In this document: positions 13,230 through 22,468 of the stretch, piece after piece
How the letters are laid out: every line of letters starts with the position of its first letter
Numbering within the stretch: the stretch's first letter is position 1
Source of the DNA: Cyanophora paradoxa CCMP329
Lineage: Eukaryota > Plantae > Glaucophyta
DNA length: 64,000 nucleotides
Assembly: GCA_004431415.1 (NCBI GenBank)
Contig: QPMI01000005.1
Location: 992,001 to 1,056,000, forward strand
Reading direction: 5' to 3'
Translations under genes and position numbers: made by a program
Notes under the pieces: model-generated
The model's input: the letters and a program-made list of their open reading frames with translations, nothing else
What the model was told of the DNA's origin: nothing
Database searches by the model: none

Positions 13230-13850
13230 CCAACGCTCCCGGTAGATGGGGGCGTGGAAGGGGATGGGGCGGCCCCGTCCTTTGCCGTACAGGTGGACTT
13301 CCTCACCGCGGCCAATGAACTCAGCAGCGGTCATGACGAAGAGAGCGTCTTCACCCGTGTGAACGTTTTTCCAGGCTTGTGTGGGGAAGGTGCTGGTGTC
13401 GTACTTCCAGGCCGAGCGTGGGGAGGAGTCGCCGGGGCGGAGAGTCGCCGTCCACCAGTTGATGACCCAGTCTTTAAGAGGGGCCGTGACGTCGGAGGCG
13501 GGTTTGCGGGTGACGTCCAGGATGCGGATTTCGCGGAGGCGGGCCGAGATGATTGCTAGTCGCCAGGGTCGGGACCCAGAGGGGGGCAGGGGAGGAGAAT
13601 ATAATCGTATTCCGTTGGGGAGAAAGGGTGCGGGACGTAGGGTCGGTCCAGTTGTGGCTGGCCTGCGCGGGCTTTGATAGAAAGGGCAGTGGGGGCTGTG
13701 CCCATGAGGATCGAGGTTGCGTGGGAGGACGAGAGGAAGAGGCACTTGGGGGTGGTCGGGGCATGCAGGCGGAAGGAGACTTGGCGGTTTTGGAGAAGTC
13801 TGAAGAAAGCGTCGACGGGTTCTGCAGGTATGGGTTGTGCGAGGAGAACG
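13230..13850 (-). CDS. Degenerate Ulp1/SENP-like (peptidase C48) domain, predicted catalytically dead
   Basis: AEPVDAFFRLLQNR..KCLFLSSS..YDYILLPC, frameshift, RPWRLAII..REIRILDV..WKY..PTQ..GEDALFVMTAAEFI. The layout follows C48, but HW is replaced by PW and DCG by EDA. Confidence 0.6.
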
Positions 13851-15077
13851 GGTGTGGCCAGGTGGGCCCCAGACCGAGGGTTGGGGTCGATGAGGGAGAG
13901 GGGGGCCGCTTTAAGGGCAGCCAGGCGAGATTTTATGCCGTCGAGGAGGGGAAGTACTCGGCGATCATACCTGGGGCCGTCGGGGTCGATGGCAGCTGAG
14001 TAGGGGATGGCTCGGCGTCCATAGCGTTCGAATAAGACAGGAAGGGCGCCGGTTTGGTCGCGGAGAGGGAACGTGGGTGGGGGGCCAGGCGGGGCGGGGG
14101 TGGGGTGGCAGTGCGGGCAGGAGAGGGCGGGTCCCCGTGCCCATTGTTCTGCGATCAGGGAGGAAATAGGGGTGCCCCACATGCCAGGGTCGCAACGGTG
14201 GTACGCGACCAGAGGGGTGCCAGCCTCGGTCTGGGAGGTGGGGGCGAGTGTAAGGTCCTCGTCCCAGTACCAGGCGGGGAGAGGCGTGTCACGGTCGGCG
14301 GGGACAGCGGGTTTGCAGAGGGAAGTGGGGTAGAAGTGCCAGGTGGGGCCGGAGCCCCTAGGGTGGGCTAAGTAATAGTCGAGGGCGAGTTTCCTTGTAG
14401 GCCCAGGATCAGGGTGGTCAACATCAGGGGCGTCCTCGGGGAGAGGTTGAAGGAAGATTGGGTTGGGAGGGGAGCAGCACTGGAAGGAGATGTTGTGAGT
14501 GATGTCTCTGCGTCCTAAGGCTGCAAGGAAAGCGGAGTAGGCGCGGAGGATGTCACAGTCCGAGACGATAGTCAGGTGTTCGTCGGAAGGAAAGAGAGTA
14601 TGAGCTTTGGGAAGTCGGATGCAGCGGTTCCAGATGACGGTGTCCTCCGCCATGAAGGCGCGTTCAAGTCTGGCGGACGCGAGGGGGACAAGGTCAAGGA
14701 CCAGATGGGTGTTGGTAGTCTCGGAGGCATCTACATAGTCAACAAGGTCCGCTTGGCAGCGGAGGAAATGGTAGTCGGCGGGGCTGTCAGCTAGGATATA
14801 TGTGCGAATGTGCCGGCGAGGCGGGAGGAGGGACGAGAATAGTGACGGAGGGAGGGGCGGGGAGGAGTCGTCCGAAAAGAGGAGTCGGGCGTCGGGGATG
14901 TCCATTCCACCAATACAGTGGTAAGGAGCCGAGGCAGGGAATGTCTGCGGGGCGGTAGGAAGGGGGGCAGCTGGTCCGCTGCGGGGACACGGGGTCGGCG
15001 GGGGGAAGGGGGGCCGGGCGGCGGGTCGTCGTTGGTGTCGGAGCCGTTGCAGGTGGCCGCGGGATGGTCTTTGGTTG

Positions 15078-15495
15078 GTGAGAGGGGACCCACTGAAGCG
15101 TGACTTGGAAGTTCGGGTCTTGGGCGATACGAATGGCGTATTGCGTTCGAGCGTTGAGGAGAAGGGCCCCGTCCTCTCGGCGGAGCAGGGTGCGGAAGTT
15201 GATGGGATGGGAGAAAGATGAAGGGTCTTGAAAGGCGAAGGCTGTCAGGGCTCGGATAGTGTTCTGACTGTCCGTGATAATTTTCCCGCCCGTGGGCCCG
15301 AAATACGTGAATGCTGCGGAGATTGTGCCTGCTAGCTCTCCCAGGTTCACGTTATGTTGGACGCCGGGGAGGCGGTGGGCGAACTCGATTTTGTCAGGCA
15401 GGTCGGGATTATTTTCGAGGGGTGCAAGGCCGGCGTAAGTGGTTCGGACAGAGGCGGAGCCCTGTTTTTGTGTGCTGGCGTCCGTGTATATTACC
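15078..15495 (-). CDS. RNase H, N-terminal portion (D-E-D and His)
   Basis: ORF 14787-15647(-): VIYTDAS, RLPGVQHNVNLGELAG, IITDSQN, VTLQWVPSH. Confidence 0.9.
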
Positions 15496-17249
15496 CGGGG
15501 AGTAGTTCCGGAGGGAAGGGGCGGGGAGTTTAGTGCGCGGAGTGTAGGGCAGAGCTCTGCGAAAAGGGCTCGGGAGGTAATGAAAAGGAAGTCGAGCCCG
15601 GCCGGGGATTCATAGAAGGCGCGGTCGGCTTGTGATGTGGGGGTCATAAGGCGTGGGCGTCTCTCGAGGGCAACATTGGTAGCTTGGGCCTCCGCTCGGA
15701 AAGAGTCCCACCAGTCAGTTTCCCGGAGCCAGAGATCGATGAAGCCAATGTGTGTGATTTCGCGGGGGAGGTTGGAAGGGGGGAGTTCGGGGTCATATTG
15801 AGCAGGAGGGGTAGCTGAGGAGGGGTCAAGGCGGGCTTTTTTAGCTGCGCGTGTGGGTTGAGCACGGGGGGATGCTGCCCTCTAGAGTGGGAGCATGTGA
15901 AGGCGGAGGTGGAGTCGGGCAGCTGCCGGGAGCGGGTGGGCACCGGCCTATTGAGATTGGAGAGGCTCGGAGACCAGCCCTTCGATTCGCACGACGAGCC
16001 TGCCGGGATTCGGCGGACGTGAGATGCGTACTCGACCCATCGGCAAGCAGTCGTAGAAAGGCCCAGCTCGCGATGAAGCTGTTCAGAGCCGCAGTATTTT
16101 GGGTGAGGGCAAAATTGGAATTCCAGTCTGCGTTCACGCCAGGCGGGGTCGAGCTCAAGCGCCGAAAGACCGGGGTCGCGCGAGGAGAGGCCATCATATG
16201 GGGTGAGGCAGTAATGGACGAGTTCCACCCCATAGTTATACTCTGAATCCCGGGGGCAGTTGGGGTCCGCGTCAGGGTCCTCGGAGGCCGGTTCGTCCAG
16301 GTGTTCGTCCGGGATCGGGGGTTTCCCAACGACGCGGCCAACTAGGCCTTGGGATGTCCATACAAAATCGCCAAGGTTTAGTCCCGCAAGGACGGCGTTA
16401 GCTTGGAGAGAGCGACGAATGTCTGGGATAGAGGGCGGTGGAGGCATAGGGTGGCGGGGGAGGAAAGGGGACCGGGTGGAGGGGCGGGGAAGAGAGAGTT
16501 CTTCGCGGACAGCGTCCCACCAGGAGGGGGCACGTTTGTAGTATGCCGGGACACGGCCGTGACTCCAGAGGAGGGACCATTCGGCAAGGGAGCCGTCAGG
16601 GGCCGTGATGTCGCGGATTGTGAGGAGGCCGCAGCGATAGAGTCGCTGACCGGCTTGTTGGAGGGTGAGGGGCGACAATTGCGTTGATATAATATATTCT
16701 CGTCGAAGATGGGATCGGCGGGAGGGGAGGCCATGTGTCCAGGAGTCGCACGTTGTGAGGATGTGATGGGAGGAGGAGGTCAGGTCTGCCGTGATGGCAA
16801 GCGTAATATTTTTCTGTAGTGTGAGGGGCCCCGAGGGGAGGTTCGGATATTCGTGTGGGAGAAGGGGAAGCCCGTATCGGGCCTGGGTGTCGAGGACACG
16901 TTGTCGGTATATTTGGCCGTAGAGTGATGATGTGTGAGAGGCTAGTTCCTGGCGGAGGCGCTCGTCGACGCACTGCTGTTGACGTTGGATGACGGCTAGT
17001 GAGGGAAGGCGATAGATGGAAGAGAAAGCAGCCGTGGATACGGACTGGGCCAGGTTGGCCGTGTGTTTGGCCGCGGTGAGCCAGACAGCGTCGAGGGATT
17101 GGCATTGGGATGACGTTAAGGTCATGATGCGGAGAGGGTATGCCAGTTTAGGGAAGAGAACCCGGTGTAGTATCACTTGGAATTCGTGAACGGTAATCTT
17201 CTTTGTGGCTAGAACGGAGATTGCGGACTGGAGCTGGGACTTGAGTAGA

Positions 17250-18430
17250 CGGACTTGGTGGGTCCAAGACAGGTTCGCAGTAAACTGGACGCCGAGGACG
17301 CGGAATGGTGTTGTGGGGGAGAGGATGTGGCCAACCTCAGCTCTGGAATCGCCGACGCCGACATAGTATTTGCTCTTGACTGGCGCTTCGGATCGGGGGG
17401 GTTTCCAGTGGAAAATTTCCGTCTTTTTGGCGTTCAAGTTCATGCCATGGATATGGAGAAATTCGGACAGCCAGTCAAGCATATGTTGGAGACCCTGAGC
17501 CGAGCTGGCAAGCATGGTGGTGTCATCGGCGTATGCGAGCACAGAGACTGTGGGGCAGGGACCGGAGGGGAAGTAGAGGGGTTCGCCAGGGCATGGTGGG
17601 CGGGGGGAAAGGGGGCGGGTAGGGTCAGATCGGTGCGGCCCGAGTTGGTATCCGAAATTGGACTGAGTCGCTCGTTCTTCGATGGCGGTGAGAGCGGCGT
17701 CGAAGAAAATGCGCCAGTGGAGAGGGGCTTCGATGCCTCCTTGGGGGAGGCCACAGGGGACTTGAAAATATTCCGTGCGGCCGTGGGGGGTAAGGATGCA
17801 CGCCGTGCGGTGCTGAGCTGCTTTTTTGTGGAGGGCTATGTATCGTTTCCCTTCAGGATGGAGGTGGAGTTGGATACGATTAAGGCTGAGCTCTTGGCTA
17901 TGCCAGGAGACACTGTCGTAGGCGCTGGCAATATCCCCAGGCCGCCGAAGATTGGCTTTTTGAACTGGTGCGCGTCTCGAGGGAGGATCGGAGGGCGTAG
18001 AGAACAGGGTCGGTAGATTCGCGGCGACAAAAGCCATAGTTGCGGCCGCGTAGAATGTTATGTGTATCAATACGGTCTTCCATGCGGTGGGTCAGGAGGC
18101 CCGTGACCAGCTTCCAGGTGACTTCTTGAAGGGTGATGGGGCGGAGATCGGCAAGATCTGCTGAATTATCACGTTTCGGGATAGCGTAGACTTGACCGCG
18201 AAGTGCGTGGTCGGGCACGTGGCCGAGAAGAGTGGATTGAACTAGAGCTCGGATGGCGTCGCGCGAGGTGGTCCAGTGAGCCGCGGACTCGAAGCTGTTG
18301 ATCTCGTCTGTAGAGTGTGAGGCGGCTAAGGCCTGGCGTTCCGTCTTGGAGAGGCGGAGGGGGGACCAGAGCATTTTAATCATTCCGTTCGTGAGGCCGG
18401 AGGGACCGCCTGCGCCATTGGACAGGGACG
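17250..18430 (-). CDS. LINE reverse transcriptase domain (two -1 frameshifts near 17.94-17.98 kb)
   Basis: GPSG, AIPK..DLRPITL..WKL, NYGFCRREST, DIASAYDSV, GLPQGG, LAYADDT (17522-17533), GMNLNAKKT, FRVLGV. Confidence 0.97.
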
Positions 18431-19504
18431 AGATGAGGCGATCGAGTTCGGGGTCCTCTGGCATGGCCATTAGTCCGTCCCAGACGGCGGGGGTGAAGTG
18501 GGAAAGGGGTCGGTACTGGCGTTTCCAAAATCTGCCCAACCAGGCGCCGTTTTCTATGTCCGCGAATTTCGTAGCTATGGCATCCAGGTTTGGGGCAGCC
18601 TTGCGGAGTCGCCAGAAATTTTTGAAGTGATCCAGATGTGCGCGTTTAATTTCATTGGGATCGGTGAGCACTTCGGGTAGTCCCGCTGCCGTGCGGGTGA
18701 GGTATAGGCGGGGGGCGGATCGGAAACGGGAGAGGAGGAGTTGAATAGCCCGACCCATACTTCGACAGTGGGACAGGAGGTGGCGGCGGGTGTCAATATT
18801 GCGAGCAATGTCGGCTTCGGTATATGCACGGCGATGATTGTCCAGGGCGGCCCGCGCCTGTAAGTGCCATGTACTTAGTTGAGTATGGTACTCGGCGATT
18901 TCAGAGCCTGTAATGGTACCATTCTCGAATTCAGGGTAATTAGGAGGGTCGGGGAAAGCGAGGAGGGAGGGGCAGAAAGCCAGTGTGGTGTCCGAGCCCG
19001 CAGCTTTTCGGATGTCCGTCACGTCTTTGGGAAGGTCCCGGAGGACAGCCCGGATAGTTTCGTCAGGCGGGTGGTCTGTGGAGCCTTGGTGCGCCCAGTC
19101 GTGTAAGGCCTGTCCAACGCGGCCAACGAGTTGTTCGTCGTCAGCGTCCAGTGCAGATAGATGGTTGAACTTAGCCATATCTCCCTGGGCAGCGACGCGG
19201 TGTTGGAGGACTTTAGCAGTAGAGAATTCTTGAGAGTGGGCGACGGACTTGATACTTTGGGCGATAGCACAGAGGAGGGAGCGGTGGGATTTCGTGGCGC
19301 GTTGGGCGTAGTCGGGGCTGCTCTCGGGAGTGAGAAGGAGCTGGATATACCGCTGGCCGTGTTTATTGAGAAAAGTTTCGACAGCGAGCTTGAAAGCAAG
19401 CCGGATGGGTGCAGGTTGGGCGGCATAGTTGAAGAGAGGAGGGAGAGGTTGGGGTCGGGGCTGGCGGGGCTCCGTAGGGGGGGCAGAGAGCACGCCTTCG
19501 GTTT

Positions 19505-20385
19505 TGAAGGTCGCAAGTACGGGGAGATGGTCGGCTGTGAGTAAAGGGGACGGTCGGCCAGGGACATAGAGTGTGCGAGTCCCTAGTGATCGGGCCGCGA
19601 GAGTGGGGGAGGCAAGGGCGTAGTCGATGCGGGCGGCGTCCAGGAGGGGGCGGTGGCCCTGGTCGTCAAGAAAGTCGGCGTGGCGGGACACGTGTGTGAA
19701 ATCGCCCGGGGTTCCGGTATCACAAAGACCCCAGGTCTCGCGGAAAAGGGTCCATATTTCTGCGTAGGAGTTCGGGGGGGTAGTTTCAGTGCGCCGGTTG
19801 CCCCCGGTGATCCGGTCGTTGCGCGGGGAGTATGTGCTATTCATATCGCCGAGTACCAGGAGATGCGTCTGCCAGTCAGGTTCGTGGATGTCGGGTGCGA
19901 CCTTCGCGGTCAGGTATTCGGTGAGGTCGTGGAGCTCTTTTTGCAAATTGTCGTGCCCGCAGTCCGGCACGTAGAGTGAGAGGACAATGAGGCGCTCGCG
20001 CGTGCGCGGGAAGTCAAAGCGAGCGCCGGCTACTCGGCCGTCAAACGCGTAATCCGCCTGGCGGTGCGCTGCATAGCTTGCTGAGATCCACAGCGCGGAG
20101 CCGGCGGTGCCAGGACGGGCCGCGGATGGAGGAGAGTAGACAAGGTAGCTAGATTTATGGCGGCGGACTGCTGTCTTAATCAGGTGATCGCGGATATTGG
20201 GCGGAAAGGGCTTCGAGGGGGGGCGGTCGGTAGGGACCATGTCGACCTCTTGAAGAGCAACAAAGTGGCAGTCCCAGTCACGGCGGCCATAGTCAATTGC
20301 GCTGATAAATTTAGTTGCAATATTGTTGCCGCTCGCCTTCCCCTCCAAGCGGCGAATATTCCACGTGAGGGCGCGGAGGTTCAGC
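19505..20385 (-). CDS. LINE apurinic/apyrimidinic-type endonuclease (EEP) domain
   Basis: In ORF 17898-22631(-): LTWNIRRL, FVALQEV, LSLYVP, LVLGDMNS, FTH, RIDYAL, ADHLPV. This is the complete EEP motif set. Confidence 0.95.
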
Positions 20386-21489
20386 TTCGCATTTGCCGCG
20401 TCCGGGGGGTGTGCTAGGACAGGGATCTGGAGCGCATCTCGGTGGTGGCGGGCGTCAATTCGGTCAGCGGTGTACAGAGAGGGAGGGTATAATGTTAGAA
20501 GGGACGAGGCCGCCGTGACTAGTGTCGGAGAGGAGAGGGCGGCGGCGGCGGTAGCGACTGCGGCGGCCGTTGCTGTGCTGGGCTCGATGTCCGCAAGGGC
20601 GACGGGGACAAGGGCGGCGAGGAGAACACAGAGGAGGAGGCGTGTGGGGAGAGGGGCCGGGCGGCTGAAGGACCGTTGGGCTTGTGGGGCGCGGCGCGCA
20701 GTCCGGCGCCGGCCCAGGGGTTCGAGACCGGCGTCGACGTCAAGCGGCGCAGAGTCCGTGTCGCCTGCGCCGGCGGGGCCAGCGCTAGCGTGCACGTGGG
20801 CACTAGCGCGGGGGCTGACTGCGAGGTACGCAGCCGTACACATGGCTAGTACACGTCCTGATCCGTACGCGTGGTTCGTACGACAGCTCTCGGCGTCATG
20901 CAGCGCAGCGTCTGAGCTTGAGGCGCCGGCGTTGGTGGGGCCAGCACTAGCGTGGGCGCCAGTGCTAGCTGCGTAACCTGCAATGGTAGTATCGGTGTTA
21001 CAGCTAGGCCCTGGCACGTGGCCGTACGCGGGGTTAGTGGTACTAGCTATAGTGCAGTTATTCCAGCCCCAATCGCGGAGTGCGGAGGCACTGGGCCGCT
21101 TCGAATCATTGTCCGACTCACAAATCGAATGAATAAAAAAGTCTGTTCGCGTTGGAGTTTTTTGACGGCACGCGGTGGGGGTACCGGTAGGCGCAGTTTC
21201 GTCCGGGGCCCTGGGACGTTCCGACCGGGGAGGGATGCTCCACCGGCCACTGCGGTATGCGACGGCTCTGATGGGGCTTCCGTGCTCCGGTCCAGCGATC
21301 AAGTTCTGGAGCATGCCGTAGCGCGGTCTAGCGACAGTGGTCCATAAGGTGCTCCAGGTGCAGACACGGCGACTGAGCTGCGAAAGTACTTGCGCGGCCT
21401 GCTGAATGCCGAGGCGGGCAGCGCGGCGTGGCGCGGCAGCGACAACAGTAGCCCGACGGGGATTGACTTCTTGCGGCGCTCTGAGTCCC

Positions 21490-22451
21490 GGTGGCGGCTT
21501 CTCTTCAGGTCCAGGTCCGTCAGCGCGGGCGCGGCGCCGGGCGGCGGGGAGGCCGACCGCGTCCTGCAGGTCGCGCGGCGCCGGCGCGGGCGGAGGCGAG
21601 ACGGGCGGCGCGCTGGGGCCCGGCGGCAGCTTCACTTTAGGTCCAGGTCCGTCAGCGCGGGCGCGGCGCCGGGCAGCAGGGAAGCCGACAGCGTCCTCAG
21701 GTCCAGGTCCGTTGGCACGAGCGCAACGCCGGGCAGCGGGGAGGCCGACAGCGGTCTGCAGGTCGCGCGGCGCCGGCGCGAGCGGGGGCGAGGCGGGCGG
21801 CGCGCGGGGGCCCGGCGGTGGTTTCACTGCAGGTCCAGGTCCGTCAGCACGGGCGCGGGGCGGGGCAGCGGGGGAGCCGACCGCGTCCTGCAGGTCGCGC
21901 TGCGCCGGCGCGGGCGAAGGCGAGACGGGCGACGCGCTGGGGCTCGGCTGCGGCTTCACCGCAGGTCCTGGTCCGTCGGCACGAGTGTGGCGCCGGGCCG
22001 CGGGGAGGCCGACAACGGTCTGTAGGTCGCGCGGCGCCGGCGCGAGCGGGGGCGAGACGGGCGGCGCGCGGGGGCCCGGCGGCGGCTTCACTTCAGGTCC
22101 AGGTCCGTCAGCACGGGCGCCCGACGACAGTCTCGCCTCAGGCGCAGGGCCATCGGCCCTCGCGCGGCTGTGGGCGTCAGGGAGGCTGGGGGCGTCCTGC
22201 GGGTCGCGCAGGACTGGCGCGGGCGGGGGCGGGGCGGGCAGAACTCGAGGGCCCGACGGCGGTCTCGCTTCAGGTGCCGGTCCGTCGGCCCGCGCTCGGC
22301 TGTGCGCGTCGGGGAGGCTGAGGGCGTCCTGTGGGTCGCGCAGGGCTGGCGCGGGCGGGGGTGGGGCGGGCGGCGCTCGAGGGCCCAGCGGCGGTCGCGC
22401 CGCAGACGCGGGTCCGTCGGTCCTCTCGCGACTTTGGGCGTCGGGGAGGCA
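21490..22451 (-). repeat. Tandem ~132-bp (44-codon) repeats at the 5' end of the LINE, ~7 units
   Basis: CAGGTCCAGGTCCGTCAGC-like marker recurs at ~21505, 21637, 21698, 21830, 21962, 22094, 22271. It translates as ARADGPGP..PPPGPRAPP.SPP.APAPRDLQ..VGLPAARRR. Confidence 0.9.
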
Positions 22452-22468
22452 CGCGTCAGCCGAGTAAG
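22452..22468. repeat. Right target-site duplication (17 bp) of the LINE
   Basis: Identical to 8662-8678. Confidence 0.97.

Larger units (their letters stand above)
8679..22451 (-). mobile_element. Non-LTR retrotransposon (APE-type LINE with RNase H), 13.8 kb, probably 5'-truncated
   Basis: Perfect 17-bp TSD CGCGTCAGCCGAGTAAG at 8662-8678 and 22452-22468. T9 at 8679-8687 is the poly(A) tail on the - strand. APE, RT, RNase H and CCHC motifs lie in consecutive - strand ORFs joined by frameshifts. Confidence 0.97.

Noticed and set aside
9000-22450. Plus-strand ORFs overlapping the LINE (e.g. 17255-18016, 21406-22467)
   Set aside because: Antisense shadows of the - strand polyprotein, Gly/Arg-rich and without motifs.
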